Source: an uncultured Spirochaetota bacterium
GTDB lineage: Bacteria; Spirochaetota; Brevinematia; Brevinematales; JAOACQ01
DNA: 64,000 nucleotides
Assembly: GCA_963783575.1 (NCBI GenBank)
Contig: CAWAOD010000018.1
Location: 1 to 64,000 of the forward strand
Reading direction: 5' to 3'
Shown in pieces: positions 1-10,691 of this stretch (the stretch's first letter is position 1; each line of letters begins with the position of its first letter). The notes under the pieces were generated by a model. It had not been told where the DNA came from. It worked only from the letters and a program-made list of their open reading frames with translations, and ran no database searches. The translations under genes were made by a program, and so were the position numbers.

Positions 1-288
1 CATTGCTTGAGGTTTATAGATATCTATCTCACCTTCTTTCAATGTAGGAATAGCCTTTTTCCACATACTTGTATATCCATAACGATACCTGACCCTTTTC
101 ATTTTAGGACAGGTAAGAATAATGTTGACTTTATCCACTTTTACTTTGTAAAGCGATTCCACAGCTTTTTTAACTTCAATTTTATTTGAGTCCATGGCAA
201 CATTAAAGAAATACTTTTTAACCGGCTTCATTGAGCTTGCTTTTTCGGTAATTATTGGAGTTAATAATATTTTATTTAAATCTTTCAT
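1..288 (-). CDS. rplW: 50S ribosomal protein L23 (3' end runs off window; absent from ORF track)
   Basis: Manual translation MKDLNKILLTPIITEKASSMK...NKIEVKKAVESLYKVKVDKVN...WKKAIPTLKEG; GGAG SD upstream; follows rplD. Confidence 0.95.
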   Translation of the reverse strand, partial: MKDLNKILLTPIITEKASSMKPVKKYFFNVAMDSNKIEVKKAVESLYKVKVDKVNIILTCPKMKRVRYRYGYTSMWKKAIPTLKEGEIDIYKPQAM

Positions 289-300
289 TTTATATCTCCA

Positions 301-930
301 TTATAAATATAATTGATGAAATTTCTCATCTAATTTTAAAGCGGCTTTTTCAGAGATAAGAATTCTGTCTGCATAAACCAGAGAAAGCAAATCAATATTA
401 TCGGAGTATAATAATTTGATATTTGGCAAGTTACGTGAAGCCAACACCATTGATTTATTATATTCGAATAAAATAATAACAATTTTCTCATTTTTATTTT
501 CTATATAGTCTTTAAATGCCTTTACAAATTCTTTTGTTTTAGCTGTAGAAAACTCAAAATCTTTGAATATCTTAATCCTTTCCATTTCGGAAAGCCTGCT
601 GAATACTGTTAGAATTGACTTTATTTTCTGCTTTTTATTTACATCCTTTGCAAAATCCCTGGGTTTAGGCCCAAAAGTAACACCACCACCTCTCCATAAT
701 GGAGATCGTGTTGATCCTGCCCTTGCCCTGCCCAAGCCTTTCTGTCTCCAGGGCTTTTTACCACCACCCGATACTTCAGACTTGGTTAAAGTAAAAGCAT
801 TACCCTCTCTTTCATGTGAAAGCATTGCAACCACAGTCTGATACAAGGATGCATCGGACTTCTTACCGAAAATTGAATTCAATTCTATCTCATTGATCTT
901 TGATTGACCTTCATATACATCCATTTTCAT
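301..930 (-). CDS. rplD: 50S ribosomal protein L4
   Basis: KSEVSGGGKKPWRQKGLGRARAGSTRSPLWRGGGVTFGPKPR signature. Confidence 0.98.
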   Translation of the reverse strand: MKMDVYEGQSKINEIELNSIFGKKSDASLYQTVVAMLSHEREGNAFTLTKSEVSGGGKKPWRQKGLGRARAGSTRSPLWRGGGVTFGPKPRDFAKDVNKKQKIKSILTVFSRLSEMERIKIFKDFEFSTAKTKEFVKAFKDYIENKNEKIVIILFEYNKSMVLASRNLPNIKLLYSDNIDLLSLVYADRILISEKAALKLDEKFHQLYL

Positions 931-938
931 AAGTCAAA

Positions 939-1523
939 TTACCCCTTTATTGCATCTCTGATAAAAACATAAGAATTCTTAGCTCCTGGTATGGAGCCCT
1001 TGATAAACATCAACTTTTTTTCTTTATCTATCCTGACCAACTTCTGTCCTAAAATACAAACCCTGGAATTGCCGTAATGACCTGGCATTTTTTGACCTTT
1101 CCAGACCTTTGCCGGATATGTATGTCCGCCGATCGAACCTGGGCGCCTGTGCCAGTGTTTCGCGCCATGTCCTCCCGGGCCGCCTGCGAATCCATGCCTT
1201 TTCATAACTCCGGTAAAACCTCTTCCTTTCATTATGCCTATAACGTCAACCTTCTTGATATTATCAAAAAGGCTCAAATATTTTTCTTCTTCATATATTG
1301 AAGTATCATCAACTTTGACTTCTTTGATATATTTCGGATTATTGAATTTATTATAATCATAACCAAGAATGGCGGCATTGTAACCATCTTTATCAACAGT
1401 TCTCTTACCGAGAAGATTTATATTTGAAAAATCGACAACTGTGACTCCAACCAGACCCTCTTTCACATAAACCTGAGTCATGCCGAATTTCTTACCAATT
1501 ATTCCCACTTTTTTAGCATTCAT
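939..1523 (-). CDS. rplC: 50S ribosomal protein L3
   Basis: GKKFGMTQ, KGRGFTGVMKRHGF, HRRPGSIG, KMPGHYG motifs. Confidence 0.98.
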   Translation of the reverse strand: MNAKKVGIIGKKFGMTQVYVKEGLVGVTVVDFSNINLLGKRTVDKDGYNAAILGYDYNKFNNPKYIKEVKVDDTSIYEEEKYLSLFDNIKKVDVIGIMKGRGFTGVMKRHGFAGGPGGHGAKHWHRRPGSIGGHTYPAKVWKGQKMPGHYGNSRVCILGQKLVRIDKEKKLMFIKGSIPGAKNSYVFIRDAIKG

Positions 1524-1547
1524 TGTCCATCCACCTAACTTAGAATA

Positions 1548-1850
1548 TTACTGCTTAATTTCCACTTCAACGCCAGCAGGAAGCTGTAATTCCATCAAGG
1601 CATTAACCAGATCTGAACTCGGATCATGGATATCAATCAGCCTTTTATGTATCCTCATCTCAAACTGTTCCCTGGCGTCTTTATTGACATGAGGTGATGT
1701 TAATACCGTATACTTCTTAAATTGAGTAGGTAAAGGGATAGGGCCAGAAACCCTACCGCCTTTACTCTTAACAGACTCAACTATAGAAATTGCCGATTTA
1801 TCTATTAAACTGACATCATAGGCTTTGAGCCTAACTCTAATTCTACTCAC
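1548..1850 (-). CDS. rpsJ: 30S ribosomal protein S10
   Basis: [43 protein letters not shown] start. Confidence 0.99.
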   Translation of the reverse strand: MSRIRVRLKAYDVSLIDKSAISIVESVKSKGGRVSGPIPLPTQFKKYTVLTSPHVNKDAREQFEMRIHKRLIDIHDPSSDLVNALMELQLPAGVEVEIKQ

Positions 1851-1877
1851 ATTAAAACCTCTTACTTAATCATCAAT

Positions 1878-3083
<1,206 letters not shown>

Positions 3084-3117
3084 ACTATTACCTCCTAACT
3101 GATTATTATATTATAAT

Positions 3118-5199
3118 CTATTCGGCTTTCAATATACTTTCCAGCATATTCTTTGGGACTTCCGCATAATGATCAAAAAAAATCACATAAGTACCCCGGC
3201 CCTGAGTGATTGACCTCAACACCGTCGCATAACCGAACATTTCACCTAGAGGAACGTGGCCTGTTATCAACCGCGCGTTTCCTTTAGGTTCCATACCGTT
3301 TATCTTCGCTCTTCTTGAGGAAAGATCACCTATTACATCTCCAAGATAATCTTCAGGTACCATAACATCGACTTTCATAATCGGTTCAAGAAGAATCGGA
3401 TCAGCTCCGCTCATTGCATCTTTAAATGCTTTCGAAGCTGCAATTTTAAATGCCATTTCAGAGGAATCAACCTCATGATACGAGCCGTCGATCAGAGTCG
3501 CTTTTACATCGACAACCGGGAAACCACCGATTACACCGCTACTGATCGCTTCTTCCAAACCTTTTTGGACGGCTGGGATATATTTTTCGGAATCCTTCCT
3601 CCAACCACTTTATCAACGAACTCAAAGCCTTTACCGGATTCCATCGGCTCAAGCTGAATTATCACATGTCCGTATTGCCCGCGTCCGCCGCTCTGCCGGA
3701 CATACTTTCCTTCAACTTTATGAGCTTTTTTAATAGTTTCACGGTAAGCGACCTGCGGTTTCCCAACATTCGCCTGTACCTTAAATTCGCGAACCATCCT
3801 GTCCACGATTATTTCAAGATGAAGCTCCCCCATTCCATAGATCAGGGTCTGTCCGGTTTCATCATCAGTTCTGACGCGGAAGGTTGGGTCTTCTTCCTGT
3901 AGTTTTCTTAAAACTTCCGACATTTTATCAATATCTTCCTTTGTTTTTGGCTCAATTGCAACTGAAATTACCGGTTCCGGGAAATCTATGGCTTCGAGTA
4001 GAATCGGCCTTGATTCATCGCTGATGCTGTCGCCTGTTACCGTATCTTTAAACCCAATTACGGCAACAATATCACCGGCCGAAATGGAATCAATCTCTTC
4101 TCTTTTATTCGCATGCATCCTGAGGAGTCTAGCAACTCTTTCCTTTTGCTTTTTATTTACATTATAAATATAACTTCCTTTTTCAAGAGTTCCTGAATAT
4201 ACTCTGACAAAAACCAATTTACCAACATAAGGATCGACCATAACCTTAAATGCTATCCCAGAAAACGGATCATTTGCATTTGGGCGGCATATCTCTTCTT
4301 TATTTGTTAAGGTATTTATCCCTTTTGCAGAATGTATATCAAGCGGAGACGGTAAATAATCCAATATCGCATCAAGAAGGAACTGCATGCATTTATTCTT
4401 CAATGCACTTCCGCAAACAACCGGAAACAACATAGTTTCATTTGTCATTTTACGAAGCCCTTTCTTGATATCTTCGATGGATAATTCCTTACCTTCAAGA
4501 TATTTCTCCATCAAATCATCATTACCATCACAAATATTATCTATCAATGAAACTCTTAATTCTTCCACCTTATTTTTTAAATCTTCAGGAACCGGCACTT
4601 CATTAAAATTAAAACCTTCAGAATCATCATTTGGCCAGATGTAAGCCTTCCTCGCTATTATATCAACCAGCCCCATAAAACTGCTTTCAGCGCCGATCGG
4701 AATCTGGATCGGTACCGCTTTCACACCCAATTTCTTCCACATAGATTCGACGGATTTAAGAAAATCAGCTCCAATTTTATCCATTTTATTGATAAAAGCG
4801 ATTCTTGGAACATTATATTTATCAGCCTGTCTCCATACTGTTTCAGACTGCGGTTCCACACCTTCTCCGCCATCAAACACCGCAACAGCCCCATCAAGAA
4901 CTCTTAATGATCTCTCAACCTCTGCAGTAAAATCAACATGCCCTGGAGTATCAATTAAATTTATCTTATAATCTTTCCAAAAACAAGTAGTAGCGGCGCT
5001 TGTAATAGTAATTCCTCTTTCCTTTTCCTGTATCCATCCAGTCCATTTCTGCTGCACCTTCATGGACTTCGCCTATCTTATGCGTTTTACCTGTATAATA
5101 TAAAATCCTTTCGCTTGCCGTAGTTTTTCCTGCATCAATATGTGCGGCTATACCGATGTTTCTCACTCTTTCCAGCGGATGCAGTTTCTCAGTTGCCAT
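3118..5199 (-). CDS. fusA: Elongation factor G, split into three ORFs by two single-base indels (~5031 and ~3585), probably sequencing errors
   Basis: [51 protein letters not shown]. Removing 1 nt near 5031 and adding 1 nt in the T run at 3583-3587 restores a full-length EF-G. Confidence 0.95.
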
Positions 5200-5214
5200 A
5201 TTCTCCCCTTTAAA

Positions 5215-5689
5215 TTACCACTTATAATGAGCAAAAGCCTTATTGGCTTCGGCCATTTTAATCGTATCTATTTTTTTCTTTATACATTAACCTGTATTAT
5301 TGTATGCATCTAAAAGCTCCTTACCAAGCTTCTCTATCATGGGAATGCTCTTTTCTATCTCTTGATAGATTGACAAGCCAGCGTAAAGACAATGAATTCT
5401 GTCTTTCCGGCCTAACTTCGACAGGTACCTGGTATGTAGCGCCTCCCACTCTTCTGGATCTGACTTCCACAGGCGGTTTAATATTAGCCATTGCCTTATC
5501 AAAACAAATAATTTCAGTATCTCCCGTTTTTTGCGCTAAAAATTCCATAGCGCCGTAAACAATCTCTGTAGCCGTGTTCTTTTTCCCGTCAAGCATTATC
5601 CTGTTTATCAATTTCTGAACCATAAGACTTTTATACTTTCTATCGGGCGATACTCTATCTCTTGCAATCTTATTTCCTTTCCTGGGCAT
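5215..5689 (-). CDS. rpsG: 30S ribosomal protein S7, with a +1 indel (G run 5341-5343) and an in-frame TAA (5287-5289), probably sequencing errors
   Basis: MPRKG...RSRRVGGATYQVPVEVRPERQ; after correction reads [42 protein letters not shown] to the stop at 5215. Confidence 0.95.
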
Positions 5690-5707
5690 AATTAAAACCT
5701 CTTATTT

Positions 5708-6082
5708 TTAAGATTTAACTCTTTTAGCGCCGTATTTGGAGCGGCTTGATTTTCTCTTTTCAACACCCATAGAATCCAGTGTTCCCCTAATAATATGGTA
5801 TCGAACACCGGGAAGGTCTTTAACTCTTCCACCCCTGATTAGCACAACCGAGTGTTCCTGAAGATTGTGCCCGATTCCCGGAATATAAGCCGTTACTTCT
5901 ATCCCATGCACCAGCCTGACCCTGGCAATTTTTCTTAGAGCAGAATTCGGTTTTTTCGGCGTCATAGTAGTAACCCTGACGCACACTCCCCTCTTTTGGG
6001 GATTTGACTGCAAAGCCGGAGATTTACTTTTATATTTAACCAATTCCCTTCCTTTTCTCACGAGCTGGCTAATCGTAGGCAT
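5708..6082 (-). CDS. rpsL: 30S ribosomal protein S12
   Basis: [35 protein letters not shown]. Confidence 0.99.
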   Translation of the reverse strand: MPTISQLVRKGRELVKYKSKSPALQSNPQKRGVCVRVTTMTPKKPNSALRKIARVRLVHGIEVTAYIPGIGHNLQEHSVVLIRGGRVKDLPGVRYHIIRGTLDSMGVEKRKSSRSKYGAKRVKS

Positions 6083-6354
6083 AATAATCAACCCCTTATT
6101 AGTATTATTTTTTATTCCTCGCTTTTTAATGTTGGAACAATAAAATTAACGAGAAATGATACCGGAACTCAGCGACACAAATAACTTTGCAAAATATCTT
6201 TTGCATAACTTATTTTGACATCATTGCTGATTAAAGCCGCGTTTGTCTATTCGGTTTACTTACTTCTTTTATTTGAACCAATTATACTTTAAATACCATC
6301 TAAATCAGCAGACTCTTTTACCTTTTAAAGTATGAGTTTATTAAAGCGGCACAT

Positions 6355-6383
6355 ATTATAAAAAACAAAACTTAACATGTCAA
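6355..6383 (-). promoter_or_regulatory. Consensus sigma70 promoter of the rpsL (str/S10) operon
   Basis: Minus strand TTGACA-17 nt-TATAAT, perfect consensus. Confidence 0.85.
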
Positions 6384-6479
6384 ATTTTTATGAAATCATA
6401 GTATTTTTTGAAGCTCAACCTCGGAAACATACCAGAATATCATATGATTTTATGGAAATAATTCTTTTAGCTAAACTTT

Positions 6480-9400
6480 TTATCCGGTAGTCTTGATCTT
6501 AATAGTTTGATAATTCTTTATACCTGTACCGGCCGGTATCAATTGCCCAATAACAATATTCTCTTTAAGGCCTTCAAGCTTATCTTTGGCGCTCTTCAAA
6601 GCAGCACTGGACAATACCCTCGGAGTTTCCTGGAATGAAGCCGCAGATAGGAAACTCTCTGTAAAAAGTGATGCCTTAGTCAATCCCATCAATATCGGTC
6701 TTGCTTTAGCAGGTTGTCCGCCTTGATTGATTATGTTCTCATTTTCCTTATAGAATTTTATCTTATCTACATTTTGGCCTGAAATGAATTCTGTGTCACC
6801 GGGATTAACAACCTCAACCTTTTTCAACATTTGCCTGATTATTACGCTAATATGTTTTTCATTTATATCCACACCCTGTAGCCTGTAAACTGATAATATT
6901 TCCGCAAGTAAAAATTCATTCACTTTCGTATAGCCGAGGACCTTTAAAATATCATGTGAACTTGTAACACCGTCGCATAATGGTTCACCAGCCTGCACTT
7001 TATCTCCGATCCTCACGAAAATATTCTTACCGGTCGGAATGATATGCGAAAAGCTCAAACCGTTTGACGCCTTAACCCAGACAATATATTTCCCTTTTTT
7101 CTGTTCTATGTTTTCAACAAAACCATTTACCTTTGAAATAACAGAAATATTCTTCGGTTTTCTCGATTCGAATAGTTCGGTAACCCTGGGAAGACCTCCG
7201 ATGATATCTTTTGTCCGTCTTTTAGCAACGGGCCTTCTTGCCACGATGTCGCCGGGAGTAACCTTACCGCCCTCCGGTACAACCAGTGAAGTTCCATGAA
7301 CAAGAACAAACCTTTCAAGTTCCTCTTTATTCTCGTTATATATAACAAGAATATTTTTGTTCTTTTCCTCATTACCATCCTGGTTTTCAACAGCAAATCC
7401 GACATATCCTTCATGTTCACTTATAAATACCTCATTGTAAGGATCAAAATCGGCTATTTTTTCGCCTTTTTTTACCACCTGCCCCTGCTTAACATAAACA
7501 AAGGAACCTATTCTAACAGGATAATCATTGATGCTTCCTTCCAAAATATAAACATCTGTACCCACAGCACTAACAAAAATCTTTTTCCCAAATTTTATCT
7601 CTGTGCCGTCTTTTAATTTCATAACTGGTTTTTCACTGAGGAATTCCTTACCATTAATTTCCTTTACTGTATTCTTTCCCTCAATTTCATTAGTCTTGAA
7701 ATGATTGAGTACTTTCCTGACTTTAATATAGGATTTCCTTGGAACAGTCATCTGAACTTTGCCTTCAACTTCTTTTGAAATCAAATTTTCAGGTAAAGCA
7801 ACAATATAAGCGTCATATGTCAGTTTCAATTCATTCTCTTCAAGTTGAGTCGCCGCTGTTCCCCCGATATGGAATGTTCTCATTGTAAGCTGAGTACCCG
7901 GCTGTCCGATTGATTCGGCTGCGATAATACCGACAGCCTCTCCTATATTTACTAGATATCTGGATGATAGATCCCATCCATAGCATTTTCCACATACCCC
8001 ATGGATCGATTCGCAGGTTAATACGCTTCTGATTTTTACGGTCTCAATCCCCGAATCTTCAATTAATTTAGTCTTTTCTTCATCTAGCAATTCGTTTGCC
8101 ATTACCAATAAATTCCCGTTTCTGGGATCATATATATTTGATACGGAGACATGACCCAAAAGCCTGTCACGTAATGGTTTAATTACTTCATCACCTTCCT
8201 TAATCGAACTGATGTCTATTCCTTTAACAGTTCCGCAATCTTCCTCGGTTATAACAACATCCTGTGAAATATCAACTAATTTTCTAGTTAGATATCCGGC
8301 ATCGGCAGTTTTTAAAGCCGTGTCTGCAAGACCTTTTCTGGCACCATGGCTTGAGATAAAATACTCCAATACCGACAAACCTTCTTTAAAATTCGACTTA
8401 ATTGCAAGTTCAATAATTTCTCCGGATGGCTTGGCCATTAATCCCCTCATTCCGGCAAGCTGCCTGATCTGTTCACGGCTTCCTCTTGCTCCTGAATCCA
8501 TCATTACATACAGGGGATTGAACCCTTCCATGCTATCCTTTAATTTTGTTTCTACGAGCTTTTTAATTTTTTCATTAGCACTTGCCCAGAGATCTATCAC
8601 CTGGTTATATTTTTCATCATGAGTAATCAAGCCTTTTCTTGCGTTTTCTTCTGTCTTTTCAACCTCTTTTTCCGTCTTTTCGACAATATCATATTTCTCT
8701 TCAGGTATTTCAACATCAGCAAGAGATATTGTGACACCGTAAATGGTCGAGTATTTATAACCAATGCTCTTCAGGTCATCCACCAATTTGGCAGTTTCCA
8801 AGATTCCGAATATTTTATAGCAATAAGCTATAAGGTTCTCAATCTTTTTGCTTGTCATCGTATCATTGATGAATCCCAATGCCTCCGGTATAATCTCGTT
8901 GAAAATCACCCTGCCGTAGGTTGTTTCGACCCATGAACCGTTAATCTTGTATTTTATTCTATTATTATATGTAGCCAGGTTTGCATCAATTGCCATAAGA
9001 ATTTCATTCAGATTATCAAAATGCTTCCAGACCTTCGGAACTACCGAATCCGGTTTGGTCAGATAGTAGATACCCAGAACCATATCCTGAGTGGGATATA
9101 CTATAGGTTTTCCATTAGCGGGATTTAAAAGATTTCTGGATGAAAGCATGAGCATCCAGGCCTCAATCTGGGCTTCAGGCGTCAAAGGCACATGTACTGC
9201 CATCTGGTCGCCGTCAAAGTCAGCATTATATGCATGGCAGACTAATGGATGCAGTTGTATTGCTTTTTCTTCAATTAGAATCGGTTCAAAAGCCTGGATG
9301 CCAAGTCTATGTAAAGTCGGTGCGCGGTTTAAAAGAACCGGGTGGTCTTTCACAACATTCTCGAGTATTCCCCAAACCAGTTCATGCTCTGTTTCGATCA

Positions 9401-10562
9401 TTCTTTTCGCTGCTTTGATATTATGGGCATAGCCCTGCTCAACAAGGCCTCTCATTACAAAAGGTTTAAATAATTCAAGCGCCATCAATTTAGGAAGTCC
9501 GCACTGATGAAGTTTTAAATTCGGTCCTACTATTATAACAGAACGCCCAGAATAATCCACTCGTTTCCCAAGTAGATTCTGTCTGAACCTTCCCTGTTTT
9601 CCCTTCAATATATCCGATAAAGATTTTAAAGGCCTGTCGCCGTTTCCGGTAACCGGATGCGATCGTCTTGAGTTGTCAAACAATGAATCTACCGCGTCCT
9701 GTACCATTCTCATCTCGTTTTTAATAATGATATCAGGGGCATTAACCGATTTAAGCTTTCTTAAACGATTATTTCTGTTGATGAGCCTTCTATACAAATC
9801 ATTAATATCGGAAGTGGCAAACCGGCCTCCGTCAAGCGGCACCATAGGCCGTAAATCCGGTGGAATTACGGGAATTATGTCTAAAATAGCCCATTCCGGC
9901 TTGTTATTTGATTTTCTTATTTCCTCAGCCAACTCAAGTCTTTTCAATACTTTTTTATCAACCTTGACTTTGCTGTCTACATGCCTTCTCAGAGAATCAA
10001 TAAGTGTGTCTATATCAAGATTTTTGAGTATTTTCTTTATGGCTATCGCCCCGGTATCAGCAGTAAAGGCTTCTTTATATTTTTCTCTATATTCTTCGAA
10101 TTCCTCATCAGTTAGAACCTGGTTTTGAATGAGATCAGTCTCACCCGGATCAATCACAATATATTTCTCAAAATATAATATGCTCTGAATATCGGAAGGA
10201 GCAACATCAAGCAACAATGCTATTTTGCTCGGGACAATGCGGTAATACCATATATGAGCAACCGGAGCCGCAAGCTCTATATGCCCAGTCCTGTATCTTC
10301 TAACTTTAGCTTCGGTAACTTCCACACCACATTTATCACAAACAATACCTTTATAACGAATCGAACGGAATTTACCGCAGGAACATTCATAATCCTTCGT
10401 CGGACCGAATATCCGCTCGCAGAACAGGCCGTCCCTTTCAGGCCGAAGCGTTCTGTAATTTATGGTTTCAGGTTTTTTAACCTCGCCATAAGAAAGATTT
10501 TTTATTAAATCGGATGAAGCGAGTTGTATGGAAATCGATCCAAAACTGACCACAGCCTTCAT
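6480..10562 (-). CDS. rpoC: RNA polymerase beta' subunit
   Basis: KPETINYRT, Zn ribbon CSCGK...CDKCG, NADFDGDQMAVH, QLTMRTFHIGG. Confidence 0.99.
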   Translation of the reverse strand: MKAVVSFGSISIQLASSDLIKNLSYGEVKKPETINYRTLRPERDGLFCERIFGPTKDYECSCGKFRSIRYKGIVCDKCGVEVTEAKVRRYRTGHIELAAPVAHIWYYRIVPSKIALLLDVAPSDIQSILYFEKYIVIDPGETDLIQNQVLTDEEFEEYREKYKEAFTADTGAIAIKKILKNLDIDTLIDSLRRHVDSKVKVDKKVLKRLELAEEIRKSNNKPEWAILDIIPVIPPDLRPMVPLDGGRFATSDINDLYRRLINRNNRLRKLKSVNAPDIIIKNEMRMVQDAVDSLFDNSRRSHPVTGNGDRPLKSLSDILKGKQGRFRQNLLGKRVDYSGRSVIIVGPNLKLHQCGLPKLMALELFKPFVMRGLVEQGYAHNIKAAKRMIETEHELVWGILENVVKDHPVLLNRAPTLHRLGIQAFEPILIEEKAIQLHPLVCHAYNADFDGDQMAVHVPLTPEAQIEAWMLMLSSRNLLNPANGKPIVYPTQDMVLGIYYLTKPDSVVPKVWKHFDNLNEILMAIDANLATYNNRIKYKINGSWVETTYGRVIFNEIIPEALGFINDTMTSKKIENLIAYCYKIFGILETAKLVDDLKSIGYKYSTIYGVTISLADVEIPEEKYDIVEKTEKEVEKTEENARKGLITHDEKYNQVIDLWASANEKIKKLVETKLKDSMEGFNPLYVMMDSGARGSREQIRQLAGMRGLMAKPSGEIIELAIKSNFKEGLSVLEYFISSHGARKGLADTALKTADAGYLTRKLVDISQDVVITEEDCGTVKGIDISSIKEGDEVIKPLRDRLLGHVSVSNIYDPRNGNLLVMANELLDEEKTKLIEDSGIETVKIRSVLTCESIHGVCGKCYGWDLSSRYLVNIGEAVGIIAAESIGQPGTQLTMRTFHIGGTAATQLEENELKLTYDAYIVALPENLISKEVEGKVQMTVPRKSYIKVRKVLNHFKTNEIEGKNTVKEINGKEFLSEKPVMKLKDGTEIKFGKKIFVSAVGTDVYILEGSINDYPVRIGSFVYVKQGQVVKKGEKIADFDPYNEVFISEHEGYVGFAVENQDGNEEKNKNILVIYNENKEELERFVLVHGTSLVVPEGGKVTPGDIVARRPVAKRRTKDIIGGLPRVTELFESRKPKNISVISKVNGFVENIEQKKGKYIVWVKASNGLSFSHIIPTGKNIFVRIGDKVQAGEPLCDGVTSSHDILKVLGYTKVNEFLLAEILSVYRLQGVDINEKHISVIIRQMLKKVEVVNPGDTEFISGQNVDKIKFYKENENIINQGGQPAKARPILMGLTKASLFTESFLSAASFQETPRVLSSAALKSAKDKLEGLKENIVIGQLIPAGTGIKNYQTIKIKTTG

Positions 10563-10579
10563 AAATTGTCTCCTTTTTT

Positions 10580-10691
10580 TAGTCTGTCAGTCATATTAGT
10601 CTGCCAGTCGTCAGCCAAAAGAAATAAATAACGACCGAATTTTAACATTCAGCATTACTTTTTGACCAACTGACTGCTGGCTAGTAGGCTA
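10580..10691. repeat. Two inverted arms of degenerate ~7-nt repeats in the rpoB-rpoC spacer
   Basis: tagtctg/cagtcat/tagtctg/cagtcgt/cagccaa ... tgaccaac/tgactgc/tggctag/taggcta. Confidence 0.6.

Noticed and set aside
5287..5289. Stop-codon reassignment suggested by in-frame TAA (rpsG) and TGA (GNAT)
   Set aside because: TAA, TGA and TAG all terminate well-conserved genes at their expected ends in this window, and Trp is encoded by TGG.
3118..5689. Programmed frameshifting or pseudogenisation of fusA and rpsG
   Set aside because: Shifts differ in direction, there is no consistent slippery-site-plus-hairpin, the genes are essential, and similar indels occur in unrelated genes; sequencing error is simpler.
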